UHGV virus genome: UHGV-0322013
Length of the DNA: 31,976 nt
From: a virus
Direction: 5' to 3' (one strand)
Of the stretch, positions 10,099 to 21,790 are shown one piece after another. The position numbers were made by a program, and so were the translations under genes. The notes below the pieces were generated by a model. The model worked only from the letters and a program-made list of their open reading frames with translations. It made no database searches and had not been told where the DNA came from. Each line of letters begins with the position of its first letter. Position 1 is the stretch's first letter.

Positions 10099-11516
10099 TA
10101 CTCAATCCTTATCTGAGCGCCTGACAGAGTGACAGGTGACTTCGTGATAACGCGCAATTTGAAGCCGACATTTTTCCTGATGCGCCCTACTCTCTTCCAC
10201 AAAACACGCTTGTCGTAAACGAACGGTTCATTCTGCTCAATCATCTGCTCACGACCGTAATTGATGCCATCAGTGGTTGCCGAGAGGAACAGGCGGTCGG
10301 CGTACTGAGCGACACCCGTCGATGATTCCACCTCCAGATCAAAGCATCTGGCGTTATCTGCTTTGAAGAGTGGAGTAAACAGCAGGTGTTCTTGCTGTAG
10401 CCCATACTGGCTGCTGATGTCGAACTGCAATTTTCCGGTCACGGACTCCAGCTTATCGCCGCACGTTATCTGATTGCCTTCGTAAATGAAGTCGATAGCG
10501 CGGTACACATCGTCATACAGGCCTGTTTTCAGCACACACCATTGCGGACCATTGGCGCTTGAAGATGCATCGTACACAAGGACGTGACGCGGAAGATGGA
10601 TAATCAGCAACTCATGCGCATCAAATCGCAGAGACTCCATCACACCATCAGCCAGTTCATCAGCAGTGTAGGAGCGGAGGATTTTCTCAATGCTCGCGCT
10701 GGCGATTGGTGATACCTGACCTGAGCCGATGATGTATACAGACGGCGCACCCGTTGCCGGATTGCTGATAAACGCATAGGAATCAGCAAACGGCGTTTTG
10801 CAGTAAGTCCCGGCGATGCCTTTTTGCACCATCAGTGATGGCTGTGCGACATACAAAGCGGCACCAACGGTGGTTGCGCCAGTCAGGGAGAAATATTCAA
10901 TCGTCGATGAGCCAAAGCAAACGATGAAGTCTCGCCATGTACCTATGCCGATGATGCCGTCCGGCTGCGATTCTGCGCGATATTGTGCGCTGTAACGGTC
11001 AGGATGCGATTCGTCTTCAAGGTCAGTGATAAACCACGAATCAGTTCCGTCTTTTGACCACGCATAACGCCCACGTAAGCGTGTAATGTCGCGGACTGAA
11101 CCTAACTCGTACTGTGTGAATCCGCTGTCTGTAGGCCAGTTTGAGACAGTTTTAACCGTGCCATCATAGCGATACTCGACCAGTTGACCATTAACACCTA
11201 CAGCCTGAGATGTCCGACCATGCGCCATTGATACGCGACCACTTCCGGCGACGTCACCGACTTCGCTTTCGCCTTTGTAAAGCTTCCCACCACACACGCG
11301 ATAAACAGCATTCTGCGCCATGTTGTACTCGACTCCGCGCGATACACCGTTTACATCAGAGCGTTTGGCAATGCCCGGGAATGAGCGAAGATATCCGCTG
11401 CTGTTAAGGATTTCTTTGGGTGTAGCCAACATATTCACTGGTAGATAGTCGATATAGTCGGCATTTCGGAAGTCTTTGCCGACACCTTTCATGAGCGGAA
11501 GTTGCTGAATCGGCAT
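10098..11516 (-). CDS. Tail accessory protein, P22 gp10-like
   Basis: 472 aa, same length as P22 gp10, in the conserved order. Confidence 0.85.
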   Translation of the reverse strand: MPIQQLPLMKGVGKDFRNADYIDYLPVNMLATPKEILNSSGYLRSFPGIAKRSDVNGVSRGVEYNMAQNAVYRVCGGKLYKGESEVGDVAGSGRVSMAHGRTSQAVGVNGQLVEYRYDGTVKTVSNWPTDSGFTQYELGSVRDITRLRGRYAWSKDGTDSWFITDLEDESHPDRYSAQYRAESQPDGIIGIGTWRDFIVCFGSSTIEYFSLTGATTVGAALYVAQPSLMVQKGIAGTYCKTPFADSYAFISNPATGAPSVYIIGSGQVSPIASASIEKILRSYTADELADGVMESLRFDAHELLIIHLPRHVLVYDASSSANGPQWCVLKTGLYDDVYRAIDFIYEGNQITCGDKLESVTGKLQFDISSQYGLQQEHLLFTPLFKADNARCFDLEVESSTGVAQYADRLFLSATTDGINYGREQMIEQNEPFVYDKRVLWKRVGRIRKNVGFKLRVITKSPVTLSGAQIRIE

Positions 11517-12016
11517 TATTCGCTCCCGTTATCGCAAGGTTCCTTTCGGTGGAAGTAATTCCAACCGTTCCACTTCGCCAACTGGTTACCGCTACCAACA
11601 GGCATACGGTTTGGATAACCGGACTTACATTTAGCGGCTTTTGCTCTGTCCATTGCAGACAGTTTGACGAGTCGCTCTTTCCCGTATCTGGCAGTGGTTA
11701 TAAGTTTTGCAGGCGCTTCCAGCGCATAATCCGGTGCAATGCGGCAGGCAAGGTTGAAAATGACAGCATTGATAGCGTTATTTGATAAACCGTGCTCATC
11801 GCCCGGATCTGGAGCGACATCTGCATCAGCGAAAATGTAGCCAACGTTGATACCAGGTGACACATCACCGCCAAGCCATTCCGCCATCATCATTTCAAGG
11901 TCGTTGACGCCGTCTTCCATAGACTGCGGTTCGACATCGGTTAACGTGGCATTTGATGCAACACCGAGCTTACGTAATGCTGCAAGGACTAAATCACCCT
12001 TCGTTGTCAGGTTCAT
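11516..12016 (-). CDS. Head-tail adaptor / tail accessory protein, P22 gp4-like
   Basis: Internal ATG of track ORF 11516..12085 gives 166 aa ([33 protein letters not shown]...[13 protein letters not shown]...), matching P22 gp4 in sequence and length. Confidence 0.8.
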   Translation of the reverse strand: MNLTTKGDLVLAALRKLGVASNATLTDVEPQSMEDGVNDLEMMMAEWLGGDVSPGINVGYIFADADVAPDPGDEHGLSNNAINAVIFNLACRIAPDYALEAPAKLITTARYGKERLVKLSAMDRAKAAKCKSGYPNRMPVGSGNQLAKWNGWNYFHRKEPCDNGSE

Positions 12017-12224
12017 CTGCTGCCGCCTTAGGTTTTCGACCAGGCTTTTTACGCTGTTTTTCTTCTGGCTCTGGCTCTGCAACATCCTTCAAAAGCTCAT
12101 CAGGATGTGAAAACCAACCAGCATCCAGATATTCCTGAAGCTCTTCGGCTTTCACGATTTCAAAGTCGTAGCCAACTCCTTTCCACTTCTTCATGTCGCC
12201 ATGACGAAAGATCATGTGTGTCAT
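11994..12224 (-). CDS. Small acidic hypothetical protein between the coat and gp4 genes
   Basis: Track ORF 11994..12272 trimmed to an ATG with GGAG RBS ([45 protein letters not shown]...); lysine/proline-rich tail; overlaps the gp4 start. Confidence 0.5.
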   Translation of the reverse strand: MTHMIFRHGDMKKWKGVGYDFEIVKAEELQEYLDAGWFSHPDELLKDVAEPEPEEKQRKKPGRKPKAAADEPDNEG

Positions 12225-12235
12225 GCTTGTCTCCA

Positions 12236-12262
12236 GATAAAAAAGGGAGCCGAAGCTCCCTC
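12236..12262 (-). terminator. Rho-independent terminator (probably leaky) immediately after the coat protein gene
   Basis: Minus strand GGGAGC-TTCG-GCTCCC followed by TTTTTTAT, just downstream of the coat stop codon. Confidence 0.6.
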
Positions 12263-12268
12263 TGGTTA

Positions 12269-13564
12269 TCACGCAGTCTGGTTAGGCAGACCAACACCAA
12301 TTGCCTCTGGTCGTACAGCACATGCTGAATACCACACAGCAATACGGCACTTACCAGACAGAGTGTTGATATCACCCTGCGTTGCGAAGATGCCGTTAAC
12401 ACCAATACCAGGAATGCTGAAGGAAGACGTTTTCATGCCAGCAAACAGTTCATGGGTTACCGGGATAGGCTGAGACAGCAGACGGATTGAGTCATCAGCC
12501 CAGAACACGTTAGCGGTAGTTGTTGCCACGTTCAGAACGTTTACCGGAGTGGTATCAGCAAGAGAGGTGTTTACGTTAGCGTAAGCCTTCTCTTCTTTTG
12601 TCAGTGACGCGTCATCAAGCGCAATCGGCTTCGGCGTGATTTCGATGTGAGTACCATCGATCACACGGGTGATTGAGAAAGTCGCATCATCAGTCAGCAC
12701 GTTCTTCGCCATCTGAGACAGGAATTTCACACCAGTGAAGCTGATTTTGTCGCCGCGCTTAAATCCGGTGGTGGAGGATACGGTCACCGTTGCAACACGG
12801 TTGTCGACGTTCTCTTTGTTACCATCGGTATCAAGAGTGTATGCCTGCGGCTTAAACTTCTGCGCACCAGAAACAGTTACACCAGTAGCGGTTGACTTGG
12901 TAACTGCCGGAAGTTTCGGTGAGCGAAGAATTTCATCAAAGCCAGCAATCTGACGCTGAATAGTACCGTTGCGATACGCTTCTTCAGGAACGCGCCCGAA
13001 GATGTCACCATCTACCAGGTTGCGGCCTGCTTTGCGGTAATCATCAGGGTTCAGGAAGTAACTGATGCCCATATCGCGGTTTAGCTCACGGGAGAACATC
13101 AGGCGCTCTGCATCAGACACAAAATCCCAGCCAGACAGGCCAGTAGATGGACCAATTGCGCGGGTATCGTGAACAACAAGTGAGCCCATTTCAGTTGCCT
13201 GTTTGGCAATTGCTGACTCAATGTTATTCGCCAGTTTTTTGGCGGATGCCTGGATGCGGCGACGGTAAGAACGCTCATCACGCAGATCATCTGCACGAAG
13301 CTCGAAGAAATCGTTATCCGGATCGCCCATGTTGCATTTCACGGACAGCTCCAGAATCCCGGTTGCGTTGCCAGTTAAATCCCAGCCAGTCTGAGTTGGC
13401 GCTTCCTGCTCAACAGGCATCCACACGGTATTGCTTGAACGTTGCATGGATTCTGCCGGAGGGGTGTATTTTGTCACTTTGGACGCCATTGGCGTCAGGT
13501 TCTGGACGGTTTCGATGATTTCATCGATAGCGTAAGTAACTAACTGCCCTTCTTTGAGAGTCAT
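12269..13564 (-). CDS. Major capsid (coat) protein, P22 gp5-like
   Basis: 431 aa; many blocks match P22 coat as recalled ([55 protein letters not shown]). Confidence 0.95.
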   Translation of the reverse strand: MTLKEGQLVTYAIDEIIETVQNLTPMASKVTKYTPPAESMQRSSNTVWMPVEQEAPTQTGWDLTGNATGILELSVKCNMGDPDNDFFELRADDLRDERSYRRRIQASAKKLANNIESAIAKQATEMGSLVVHDTRAIGPSTGLSGWDFVSDAERLMFSRELNRDMGISYFLNPDDYRKAGRNLVDGDIFGRVPEEAYRNGTIQRQIAGFDEILRSPKLPAVTKSTATGVTVSGAQKFKPQAYTLDTDGNKENVDNRVATVTVSSTTGFKRGDKISFTGVKFLSQMAKNVLTDDATFSITRVIDGTHIEITPKPIALDDASLTKEEKAYANVNTSLADTTPVNVLNVATTTANVFWADDSIRLLSQPIPVTHELFAGMKTSSFSIPGIGVNGIFATQGDINTLSGKCRIAVWYSACAVRPEAIGVGLPNQTA

Positions 13565-13631
13565 ATATTGAATACCTTACTTTCTTTATGTGCTATACTA
13601 TTGTTATATCAACATATAGCGCATTAGGGTT

Positions 13632-14153
13632 ATGAGCATGGAACTGAATGAATACTTCGAATACCGCGATGGTTCTTTGGTTTGGAAAGCCAGAAGCTCT
13701 GAATTTTTCAACAACAAAAAGAATCGCAACTATCACAACGTTTGGAATGCAAAACACGCTGGGAAAGTTGCTGGTCTTTTAGAAAGCAATGGATATATCC
13801 GCATAAGAATTAACGGCATTAAGTGGCTAGCACACCGCATCGTATGGGTAATGTTTAACGGAGATATTCCAGAAGGCATGGAAATTGACCATATAAATGG
13901 GATTCGCCACGACAACAGAATTGAAAATCTTCGTCTTGTGAAAAAATCAGCAAACCAAAGGAATAGAATCAAACTATCTAAAAATAACTCCAGCGGAATA
14001 TCTGGAGTTTACTTTTGCAACACGCGGAAAAGATGGATCGCTCATAAGCGACTGCTTAATGCAAGAGTGCAAAAAGTATGTTCTTCATTCGAAGAGGCGA
14101 AAGAAGTAATCAGAAAGTTTGACGAGGAAAACAACATCACGATATCGAAATAA
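13632..14153 (+). CDS. Free-standing HNH homing endonuclease with AP2-type DNA-binding region
   Basis: 173-aa plus-strand ORF with the HNH core EIDHINGIRHDNRIENLRLV...NQRNR and a following SGISGVYF...KRWIA segment; AT-rich; paralogous to the ORF at 23275..23799. Confidence 0.85.
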   Translation: MSMELNEYFEYRDGSLVWKARSSEFFNNKKNRNYHNVWNAKHAGKVAGLLESNGYIRIRINGIKWLAHRIVWVMFNGDIPEGMEIDHINGIRHDNRIENLRLVKKSANQRNRIKLSKNNSSGISGVYFCNTRKRWIAHKRLLNARVQKVCSSFEEAKEVIRKFDEENNITISK

Positions 14154-15065
14154 TTATCGAATTCCTTTATTCAGTTGCGCCTTGAGCTTGCGGTATGTCT
14201 CTACATCCCCTTTGTTTGCTGCCGCTTCCATCTGCTTTTCAATCGCAGAAATATTTGCAGCAACAGCGTGTCCCTGAATGGGTTCATCAGGTAACGGGGC
14301 TTCTGAAACAGGCTTGGCTCGAGGCTTGAGAGTTAAACGTTCTGACAGTCGAGTGAGTTCAATCAGCGCGGATTGCCCGTCCATCGCCAGCAACTGGCGT
14401 GTTTTCTCAGGATTAGCACCAAGGTGATACATGAGAGCAGCGGATTTCTCCGGGAAGAGGCGCATGATGTCGGCACCGACTGCTGGCGGCACCAGTTGCA
14501 TGAATGCATCCTCTTTCTCCTGATAGTCAGGGATATTGAGCTTTTCCGCTGCGTCGTAGTGCTTACGGGCTGCCTCGACGTATTGCGCTGATTGCTGGGT
14601 GAACTCCTGAGTTTTGCGACCCTGCTCGGCGACAGCCTGGCTTCGTGCGTCCATAGCCTTGATCTGCCATTCACTGTTTGCCTGCTGGAAGGCAGCCAGT
14701 GCGCGGCTCTGGTCATAGTCGTACTTAGCCAGCGCATCTTCGGAAAGATAATCGTTAGGGTCTGGTTGTTTTGGTAACTCAGGGTTCACCCGCAGGTGCT
14801 CCGGCAACTCCCCACGCTTAACCGCTTCCATCTGCTGCTCAAGCTCACGCTGGCGTTTGCGTTCGATGCGGCGACGGGCAAATTCAGCATTAGTTGCCGG
14901 GTATTGTTTTGGTTTCTCATCGTCTTTCAGGACAATCTCGAAGCCTTCTTCCTGACCTGCGTTGTCGTTGGCATTATCGACAACTAAGCCATCAGCAGAT
15001 GCCGCTGCATGATTGCCGGGCAGGGTTAATTCTTCAGAAGCCTGAATGTCGGTGGTTTGGTCCAT
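14154..15065 (-). CDS. Scaffolding protein, P22 gp8-like
   Basis: 303 aa as in P22 gp8, with long near-identical stretches ([99 protein letters not shown]). Confidence 0.95.
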   Translation of the reverse strand: MDQTTDIQASEELTLPGNHAAASADGLVVDNANDNAGQEEGFEIVLKDDEKPKQYPATNAEFARRRIERKRQRELEQQMEAVKRGELPEHLRVNPELPKQPDPNDYLSEDALAKYDYDQSRALAAFQQANSEWQIKAMDARSQAVAEQGRKTQEFTQQSAQYVEAARKHYDAAEKLNIPDYQEKEDAFMQLVPPAVGADIMRLFPEKSAALMYHLGANPEKTRQLLAMDGQSALIELTRLSERLTLKPRAKPVSEAPLPDEPIQGHAVAANISAIEKQMEAAANKGDVETYRKLKAQLNKGIR

Positions 15066-15078
15066 GATTAACTCTCTC

Positions 15079-17244
15079 TTATTGAGGTGTCTCGGCTACT
15101 CCGCCGGAGGGGATTTGAACTTGACGCATAAGATTCGCGAAATCCATGCGTTGTGAATGAGTCTGGTCTGCATCTTTAAGAAGCAGCTCAGCGTTAGCAC
15201 GAGCATCTTTGCTGCGCTGTTGCTGGAATTGACCTACGAGCTTGAGGTACTCACGCAGTTCTGCCTGCTTGTCGAGGTCCATATTGTTGAAGATCTCTGC
15301 GATCTTCGCGGCGTTGAGTTGGTTTTGGGCTTCAACCTTGGCGGCCTCAACCTGAATCTGCGCCTGTTGGTTCTCTGCCTTGAGCAATTCAGCCTGACCT
15401 TGCAGAAGGATGCCCTGCGCCTGAATTTGCTCTGCTGATGGCTGCTGCGGCTGTTGTTGTGCCTGTTGTACCATCTCCATCTCTTCAGGTGTTTCTGGTT
15501 TCTTCAGCCCCATCATCACCAGTTGCTTGTTCGCGTACTCTCGCATCATCTCGACGCCTTTACCGTCAAGCAGCGTGAAGTATTGCAGCATCAGCATCTG
15601 GAACTCTGGAGTACCTTGCGGAACCTTGGTAAGTAACTCCTGAATCTCTGCGCGGTTCTGTTCCTTCATGCTCTGGAAGGATGGCCCAACGTCCGTATAG
15701 CACTCATAGCGACCGCGAATGTCGTTGAGTGTGACCACATTGCCGGACTGGTAATCTACAACTTGCGCGTAGAGTTGAACGTCTTTCTCGCTTCCGTCTT
15801 CAAGAGTCAGCGTTACATGGCGAGGAACGTCATAAATATCGTTGACCATTGAGGCATAAATCTCGCCATCACGTCGCATTGCGGTAGCCAGGTTATCCTG
15901 AAACACGTATGTCTCAAGGTCTGCCCGCATGTTCAGTTGATTGACGGTATCGAAAGCGACCTGACCGTTTGCTGCCTGCGCATCCACACCAAGACTAGCC
16001 ACCTCTTTCACTGCGTTGGTGGCAGCCTCAAGCATGTAAGCGTTGGCTTGCGGCACTTCAGGGTTTTCCATGTAGGAGATTGGACCAATCGGCAGGTCGT
16101 TACCGTTTTCATCGGTCCTGTTCTGCAGATAGTACGGATAGTCATCATTTCCACCGTACATGTATTCGTAGCCTTCGATTTGCTCAGGGAAGAAGGTCGG
16201 TTTCTTCTTCGGTGAACGAGCAACAATATCGGCGTTGAACGACATGATCATGTTACGAAGGCGTTGACCGTCTTTCGTCAGCCTTACCACTCCTTCGTAG
16301 CACTCCTTGTCACCAGCGAATGACCATTCGCCATACACTGGAACGATTGGAATATGCTCTCCGGCTATCTTCTCGCGGTCTTTCAGTATCTGCGTGCAGG
16401 TGATGATCGACTTATACACACGCCGACGCTTCACCTTACGCTCTGCTACCTTAATGAATCCACGATTAGCCAGGTCGTCGATGACGTCTTTGATATCCTG
16501 TTGGTAATAGCTGACCGGCTCACCTGTCAGCGGGTCGCGGTAGATGAAGACTTTCTCTTTCTTCTCTTCTACCTCGTAATACTCAGCGACGTAGACGACA
16601 TCATTCGATACCCAAGGAAACAGCCATGTGTCATTCGGATTCTGGAAAGATGGCAAGGTGTCCGGATCAATACCGTAATCCTCTGCGAACTCTTTCCAGC
16701 CATTGCGCGACAAGGCGTTAATCACCGTGCAGTGCTTAGCGTCGCTCTTATCCATCTGCTTGCTGTTGGCTTCCCATATGACGTGTGAGCAGGCTTCATG
16801 GATTGGCAGGCGTCGGATTACCTGATTGTTGCTTGTTGGATCGTTGTCTTCGTACTGCGTGACCAGACGCCATGCACCAACGCCTGACTCTATCTGCTCA
16901 CGAACGCCAACGTTAACGGCAATTTTTGCCGTGTTATGGCGCATATCAGTACGATACATCCCCATCAACACATCGGCTGCATCAGGATTAGCACCGTCTT
17001 TTGGTCGGAAGAGAACGTCGATAGGGTTCCGGCGCATCTCTGCGACCAGTTTCCTGACCACCGGGCGAACAACATCGAATTGTCCGCGATATTGCAGGGT
17101 CGTGTAGTTTGATAGCCAGTCATCCCATTGCGACACTCGGCTAAAATACAGGTCATTTGTCGCCTCGGTTCTGGCTTCATCGCTCGCCATCCAGTCTGCG
17201 TCAAACTTACACAGAATGGAATTGAGTCTGTTTTCGTCGGCCAT
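15079..17244 (-). CDS. Portal protein, P22 gp1-like
   Basis: 721 aa (P22 portal ~725), immediately downstream of the large terminase gene; Q-rich C-terminal barrel region. Confidence 0.9.
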   Translation of the reverse strand: MADENRLNSILCKFDADWMASDEARTEATNDLYFSRVSQWDDWLSNYTTLQYRGQFDVVRPVVRKLVAEMRRNPIDVLFRPKDGANPDAADVLMGMYRTDMRHNTAKIAVNVGVREQIESGVGAWRLVTQYEDNDPTSNNQVIRRLPIHEACSHVIWEANSKQMDKSDAKHCTVINALSRNGWKEFAEDYGIDPDTLPSFQNPNDTWLFPWVSNDVVYVAEYYEVEEKKEKVFIYRDPLTGEPVSYYQQDIKDVIDDLANRGFIKVAERKVKRRRVYKSIITCTQILKDREKIAGEHIPIVPVYGEWSFAGDKECYEGVVRLTKDGQRLRNMIMSFNADIVARSPKKKPTFFPEQIEGYEYMYGGNDDYPYYLQNRTDENGNDLPIGPISYMENPEVPQANAYMLEAATNAVKEVASLGVDAQAANGQVAFDTVNQLNMRADLETYVFQDNLATAMRRDGEIYASMVNDIYDVPRHVTLTLEDGSEKDVQLYAQVVDYQSGNVVTLNDIRGRYECYTDVGPSFQSMKEQNRAEIQELLTKVPQGTPEFQMLMLQYFTLLDGKGVEMMREYANKQLVMMGLKKPETPEEMEMVQQAQQQPQQPSAEQIQAQGILLQGQAELLKAENQQAQIQVEAAKVEAQNQLNAAKIAEIFNNMDLDKQAELREYLKLVGQFQQQRSKDARANAELLLKDADQTHSQRMDFANLMRQVQIPSGGVAETPQ

Positions 17245-18744
17245 TTAAGTTCTCCGTGCGATGGGCCTGATTGGGGCTGGTATCTTTTTCTCTTTTGGTT
17301 TTTTGATGTCGCGCATCATTTTTGCGAAGCGGCGCATCATGTATGCATAGCGAACGGCTGAGAGAACGTCATCGTTAAGCTTGACGATCTTCCCGTTTTC
17401 ATCACGGTGATAGAGGCGGAACTCCTCAAAGAATGGCTCACAGGTGTTGAATACTTTGAAGCGTCCATCGAGCATCATGTCGCGCAATTCAGTGATGCCA
17501 GGCTCAACAGCATTACCGCCATCAGGCCATGTCGCATGCTCCTGTAACATCATAAATCCAGCGTCTGCATACTGCCCTTTGAGCTGCTCACCGCCACCCT
17601 TCTCGTGCTGGTTTCCGTCATGAGGCCATGCAGTTGGCACTTTATGCGCCCATGATTTAACGGCCCCCCACGCCTGAACGGCTGTTTTTTCTTTCGCCTT
17701 CCACACGCGTGAAACGTAGATTGTGTCTGCGTCCTTATCCCACCAAAGCTGAACCTGCGCCTGCGGGTGATCCCATCCGAAATCCATCCCGCCAATTACG
17801 TAGAAGTGATCAGGACACTCGAACGGCTGACACTTAATCGTCTCTTCCGGTATCTGGAAGATTCGACCACTACCCATCGTAGGAATACCGCGAGCACGCG
17901 CCTCTCTCTCATGCTCAGGATAGGATGCGATGATTTGCTCTTTCTGCTCGTCGGTGTAGTGCTCAGCGTCATAGATGGTCATGTTGACCACTTTCTGAGA
18001 CTTGCTGGGATTCTTCAGGAACTTGGTAACAACGTCAGACATCCCCATAAGCGGGGTAAACGTCAGAATTGAGAATTGCCCGTATTTGTTGGTACGGGTA
18101 AGACCTTCACCATAAATGCTGTATGGTGGCTCTTCGTCAAACCACACGCCGTGGATTGTGTCACCCTGCCAGCGAGCACGGCCTTGCGAGTATGGTTTGA
18201 AGTAGCAGATTGAAATGCCATCTTCAACGCCATCAGCCGTGTGATGCTTAACCAGAAGATGATCAACAAGGTTCGGAAAGAAAGGAGACTTCTTCCAGCT
18301 AATGATGTCTTCTTTCGGTATGGAACCGTAGCCTGGCTCGTCATTCTCTTCGATACGACCGCACAGGATGCGTTGAGTCGTTTTGGTTACCGTCTCGTTT
18401 GTCTCGCCGCCAATCCAGAAGACAACAGGCTCATAGAAACGCTTACCTTTCCACTCACCGCCATATTTACCATCAGCAGGATAGCCTTTTGTGCCCGGAT
18501 AACGCCCTGTAAGGTGAAACGCGACTTCGGCAGCACCGGTAAATGACTTACCAAGCTGGTTACCAGCCATAAAACAGCGCTCTGGATAGTCATGCCCGGC
18601 GTCGATGAACTCACGCTGTTTGCTGTATGGCGTAAATTCATATAGCAGGTGTGTGTTCCGGTAGTTCTCTTCTTCTTCGAGTAGCTCGAGCAACTCGATT
18701 TGCTCTTCGTCGCTCAGGTTATCAAGAATCGCGTCCAGTTCCAC
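17245..18744 (-). CDS. Terminase large subunit, P22 gp2-like
   Basis: 499 aa, same length as P22 gp2; position between the small terminase and portal genes. Confidence 0.9.
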   Translation of the reverse strand: MELDAILDNLSDEEQIELLELLEEEENYRNTHLLYEFTPYSKQREFIDAGHDYPERCFMAGNQLGKSFTGAAEVAFHLTGRYPGTKGYPADGKYGGEWKGKRFYEPVVFWIGGETNETVTKTTQRILCGRIEENDEPGYGSIPKEDIISWKKSPFFPNLVDHLLVKHHTADGVEDGISICYFKPYSQGRARWQGDTIHGVWFDEEPPYSIYGEGLTRTNKYGQFSILTFTPLMGMSDVVTKFLKNPSKSQKVVNMTIYDAEHYTDEQKEQIIASYPEHEREARARGIPTMGSGRIFQIPEETIKCQPFECPDHFYVIGGMDFGWDHPQAQVQLWWDKDADTIYVSRVWKAKEKTAVQAWGAVKSWAHKVPTAWPHDGNQHEKGGGEQLKGQYADAGFMMLQEHATWPDGGNAVEPGITELRDMMLDGRFKVFNTCEPFFEEFRLYHRDENGKIVKLNDDVLSAVRYAYMMRRFAKMMRDIKKPKEKKIPAPIRPIARRT

Positions 18745-19210
18745 GGTTGAATAGCTCCTTGATACGAGAGCGTCGCTTATCGCGATCTCCCTTATCAGGT
18801 GTCACGTCTTCAACTTGCGACTGCTCTTTGAGGCCCAAATCACGGGCGATGATGTTAGCGTTGAGAAGGTCAGCGGCTGCGCCAGAAAATTTCTGGTCGT
18901 AGATGATGTCTTCCGCTCGTGATGTGACGTCAGAAAAACCTTCCATTGACCGGAAGGTTCCCCACGTTTGCCTGGTGATATCAAGGAAGGTACACAATCC
19001 TGAAATAGTCATGGCTCGCATCTTAGGGACATTAGCCTTAATTATTTCTCCCTGATATGAAAATACCTTACCCTCCCATAGTGGGTTATCATCAGCCCAC
19101 TCGAAGTATTCACAACAAGCTGCCCACAGCGCCTCAGGCGATTCGAATTTAGGATTTCGCCCATGACTACTGCGGGCCTCCCAAAATCGGTTGCCCTTTG
19201 GTGCTGCCAT
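18722..19210 (-). CDS. Terminase small subunit, P22 gp3-like
   Basis: 162 aa, same length as P22 gp3; N-terminus [46 protein letters not shown] matches as recalled. Confidence 0.9.
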   Translation of the reverse strand: MAAPKGNRFWEARSSHGRNPKFESPEALWAACCEYFEWADDNPLWEGKVFSYQGEIIKANVPKMRAMTISGLCTFLDITRQTWGTFRSMEGFSDVTSRAEDIIYDQKFSGAAADLLNANIIARDLGLKEQSQVEDVTPDKGDRDKRRSRIKELFNRGTGRDS

Positions 19211-19215
19211 ATTGA

Positions 19216-19305
19216 TTATTTCCCTTCTGCTTGCTTATCCCATTCATCGCGGAATTTGGATGGGTTGTCGAAGCCCTGAGAGCCTGAACAAACTTTGATT
19301 ACCAT
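19216..19305 (-). CDS. Possible 29-aa micro-ORF coupled between orf64 and the small terminase gene
   Basis: Hand-translated [29 protein letters not shown]; its ATG overlaps the orf64 stop (TAATG) and AAGGAG sits 8 nt upstream. Not in the ORF track; coordinates approximate. Confidence 0.25.
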   Translation of the reverse strand: MVIKVCSGSQGFDNPSKFRDEWDKQAEGK

Positions 19306-19499
19306 TACTTAGCTCCTTTCTGCTTGCCTGTGTTTGATGTCGTTTCAGCAGCAGCCCCAGAGCAATTAACGCTACCCGCAACACCATATCCATAACCAGT
19401 CTTGAAGAAATTGTTGCCAGTAAATTGGTTAACAATCTTCCCGCAGCACGGGCAGCGTTGGCATTGGCAATAAGGGGATTGATTATTCCAGTGATACAT
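19305..19499 (-). CDS. Small cysteine-rich hypothetical protein (possible zinc ribbon)
   Basis: Internal start of track ORF 19305..19574 with RBS GGAGAAACAAG-ATG: MYHWNNQSPYCQCQRCPCCGKIVNQF... (64 aa, CxC...CxxC). Confidence 0.5.
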   Translation of the reverse strand: MYHWNNQSPYCQCQRCPCCGKIVNQFTGNNFFKTGYGYGVAGSVNCSGAAAETTSNTGKQKGAK

Positions 19500-19872
19500 C
19501 TTGTTTCTCCTGAATGAATGGCAGGAAGTGATTAACCATCCTGTCCAGCATGTAACAGTACGTCTCGTTGGCATCTTCAGGCCTTGTCGTCACGCCGACA
19601 TCAGAGCAAACGTAAAAGCAGACGTGGGCGCACTCATGAACGAGCGTAGCGATCTGCTGATCGAATACTCCAATCAGATAGCATCGCTCACCCGTATCAG
19701 TGTTTTCATAGTTGCTTGCAAACCCAAGATTGAATGGCTTCTCATCCCCGCTGCCGCCAAGGAATTTATCAGCGTGCTGAAACTGTTCTCTGGTTGTTGC
19801 GAGGTAGACATGTGCACTTTGAAACAGCGGAATGGTGAACGCCGGGAGTTTGTGCCATTTGGCCTTAGCCAT
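19483..19872 (-). CDS. Hypothetical protein with an HExxH motif (possible minimal zinc metallopeptidase)
   Basis: 129 aa; motif LVHECAHVCF; GGAGTG RBS 5 nt upstream; same orientation as the late operon. An equal-length antisense ORF exists but lacks these features. Confidence 0.6.
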   Translation of the reverse strand: MAKAKWHKLPAFTIPLFQSAHVYLATTREQFQHADKFLGGSGDEKPFNLGFASNYENTDTGERCYLIGVFDQQIATLVHECAHVCFYVCSDVGVTTRPEDANETYCYMLDRMVNHFLPFIQEKQDVSLE

Positions 19873-19873
19873 A

Positions 19874-20116
19874 TCACACTCCAGCGGTGAACAGGTCTAA
19901 CGCTTCCTTCGACTTACGCACCGCTTCGATAGTGCGGGTCGTGATATCCGAATTAGCGCCGCCTGACTGGAAGTGAATTTTGAATAGCTCAAGCTTCAGT
20001 TCGTCAGTGCCAATGAACTGAAATGCTTCTTCTGCGGCTGCGTTCTGGTTCATGACCAGCTTGTAAATCTCTAACTGGAATTTCTGTTCTTCAGTCATGG
20101 GAATAATCTCTGCCAT
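19874..20116 (-). CDS. Hypothetical protein (80 aa)
   Basis: Track ORF with GGAG RBS 6 nt upstream of ATG; its stop abuts the orf129 start. Confidence 0.55.
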   Translation of the reverse strand: MAEIIPMTEEQKFQLEIYKLVMNQNAAAEEAFQFIGTDELKLELFKIHFQSGGANSDITTRTIEAVRKSKEALDLFTAGV

Positions 20117-20216
20117 TGTTGGCTCCGTTTATCCGTTAAAAGGGATATCAGTTAAGTTATCCCGTGTAGGGTATAAGCCATTATCAAGCCCACCCGTAGA
20201 TAGGCTTTGTAATGAC

Positions 20217-20405
20217 TTACCCCAGCTTTGCTCGCACCAGTGCATCTTTAGCTTCGAGCAGCTTGCGGAGACCTGCTGACTTTTCAGCACTGTCAGGCAG
20301 TGATTCATCCATCAGTGTCGCAAGGTCACCGATTGGCTTACTTACTTCCTGCAGATGCGCGGGGAGGTGTTGATAAGCGAAATACTTCATGATTGGAGAT
20401 GACAT
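20217..20405 (-). CDS. Hypothetical protein (62 aa)
   Basis: Track ORF with RBS GAGGG upstream of ATG, first gene after the post-Rz terminator. Confidence 0.5.
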   Translation of the reverse strand: MSSPIMKYFAYQHLPAHLQEVSKPIGDLATLMDESLPDSAEKSAGLRKLLEAKDALVRAKLG

Positions 20406-20422
20406 TATTTACCCTCGGTTAG

Positions 20423-20447
20423 TAAAAAGCCTCGCTATTACGAGGCT
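20423..20447 (-). terminator. Rho-independent terminator downstream of Rz
   Basis: Minus strand AGCCTCG-TAATAG-CGAGGCT followed by TTTTT. Confidence 0.55.
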
Positions 20448-20455
20448 ATGATTGT

Positions 20456-20893
20456 TCATTTCAGGCACTGCGTGTTGATATATTCCTGCAGGTAGTTAAC
20501 CTGCGCGGTTATCTTGTCGATTCCACTTCGGAGACGGTAATAATTGAGTTCAGCATCTGCTGTAAGTCCTGGGCTTTCTCCATCGCCCATGCCGCTGGCT
20601 CCGGTCGTTGACTTTGCACAGGTGGCGGCGACTTGCAGGCGCTTACGCCCAGCAGAAACATCAGCACGGAGACTTTCAATAGTCGCGTTAGCATCAGCAA
20701 GCTCCTTTGTGTATCTGGCGTCAAGTTCTGCTACATCACGTTGACGCTTCTGCATGTCAGCGATTGTGGATGTGGCCTTATCGCGCTGTTCTTTATAGGC
20801 GATGGCGTTATCACGGTAATGATTAACAGCCCATGACAGGCAAACGATGATGCAGATAACCAGAGCGGAGATAATCGCGGTTACTCTGCTCAT
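20456..20893 (-). CDS. Rz: Spanin inner-membrane subunit Rz (lambda-like N-terminal half, divergent C-terminal half)
   Basis: [31 protein letters not shown] matches lambda Rz as recalled; the rest diverges; 145 aa. Confidence 0.9.
   Translation of the reverse strand: MSRVTAIISALVICIIVCLSWAVNHYRDNAIAYKEQRDKATSTIADMQKRQRDVAELDARYTKELADANATIESLRADVSAGRKRLQVAATCAKSTTGASGMGDGESPGLTADAELNYYRLRSGIDKITAQVNYLQEYINTQCLK
20509..20694 (-). CDS. Rz1: Spanin outer-membrane lipoprotein subunit Rz1, embedded in the +1 frame of Rz
   Basis: Internal start of track ORF 20509..20724: [20 protein letters not shown]... with lipobox and proline-rich segment, as in lambda Rz1. Confidence 0.75.
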   Translation of the reverse strand: MLTRLLKVSVLMFLLGVSACKSPPPVQSQRPEPAAWAMEKAQDLQQMLNSIITVSEVESTR

Positions 20894-21366
20894 ACCTCAA
20901 TCTCTCTGACCGCTCCGCCAGCCTCTTTGAATTTTGCAATCAGGCTGTCAGCCTTATGCTCGAACTGGCCATAACCAGCACCCGGCAGTGAAGCCCAGAT
21001 ATTGCTACAACGGTCGATAGCCTGACGGATATCACCGCGATCAATCATCGGCAAAGCGCCACGTTCCTTAATCTGCTGCAGCGCAACAGCGTCCTGGCTT
21101 TTGGGAGAGAAGTCTTTCAGGCCAAGCTGCTTACGATAGGCATCCCACCAACGGGAAAGAAGCTGGTAACGTCCGGCTGCTGTTGATTTGAGCTTTGGGT
21201 TTAGCGTGACAAGTTTGCGAGGGTGATCGGAGTAATCAGTGAATAGCTCTCCGCCTACAATGACGTCATAACCATGATTTCTGGTTTTCTGACGTCCGTT
21301 ATCAGTTCCCTCCGACCACGCCAGCATATCGAGGAACGCCTTACGTTGATTATTGATTTCCACCAT
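20890..21366 (-). CDS. R: Endolysin R (lytic transglycosylase), lambda R
   Basis: 158 aa, [49 protein letters not shown]... essentially identical to lambda R as recalled. Confidence 0.95.
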   Translation of the reverse strand: MVEINNQRKAFLDMLAWSEGTDNGRQKTRNHGYDVIVGGELFTDYSDHPRKLVTLNPKLKSTAAGRYQLLSRWWDAYRKQLGLKDFSPKSQDAVALQQIKERGALPMIDRGDIRQAIDRCSNIWASLPGAGYGQFEHKADSLIAKFKEAGGAVREIEV

Positions 21367-21673
21367 CTTCTACTCCGGCTTTTTTAGCAGCGAAGCGTTT
21401 GATAAGCGAACCAATCGAGTCAGTACCGATGTAGCCGATGAACACGCTCGTTATATAAGCGAGATTGCTACTTAGTCCGGCGAAGTCGAGAAGGTCACGA
21501 ATGAACCAGGCGATAATGGCGCACATCGTTGCGTCGATTACTGTTTTTGTAAACGCACCGCCATTATACCTGCCGCGAAGGTACGCCATTGCAAACGCAA
21601 GGATTGCCCCGATGCCTTGTTCCTTTGCCGCGAGAATAGCGGCTAACAGGTCATGTTTTTCTGGCATCTTCAT
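21350..21673 (-). CDS. S: Holin/antiholin S (S107/S105 dual start), lambda S
   Basis: 107 aa starting [34 protein letters not shown]; upstream sequence TTATTGGGGGTAAGACATGAAGATGCCAG as in lambda. Confidence 0.95.
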   Translation of the reverse strand: MKMPEKHDLLAAILAAKEQGIGAILAFAMAYLRGRYNGGAFTKTVIDATMCAIIAWFIRDLLDFAGLSSNLAYITSVFIGYIGTDSIGSLIKRFAAKKAGVEDGGNQ

Positions 21674-21790
21674 GTCTTACCCCCAATAAGGGGATTTGCT
21701 CTATTTAATTAGGAATAAGGTCGATTACTGATAGAACAAATCCAGGCTACTGTGTTTAGTAATCAGATTTGTTCGTGACCGATATGCACG

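Noticed and set aside
13598-13610. 12-nt motif TGCTATACTATT shared between the HNH upstream region and the ant start region (about 3241-3252)
   Set aside because: Too short to distinguish from chance; probably just two -10-like TATACT elements.
19501-19890. 129-aa plus-strand ORF mirroring the HExxH gene
   Set aside because: Same length as the minus-strand ORF but no RBS, wrong orientation for the operon and junk-like composition; the minus-strand ORF was kept.
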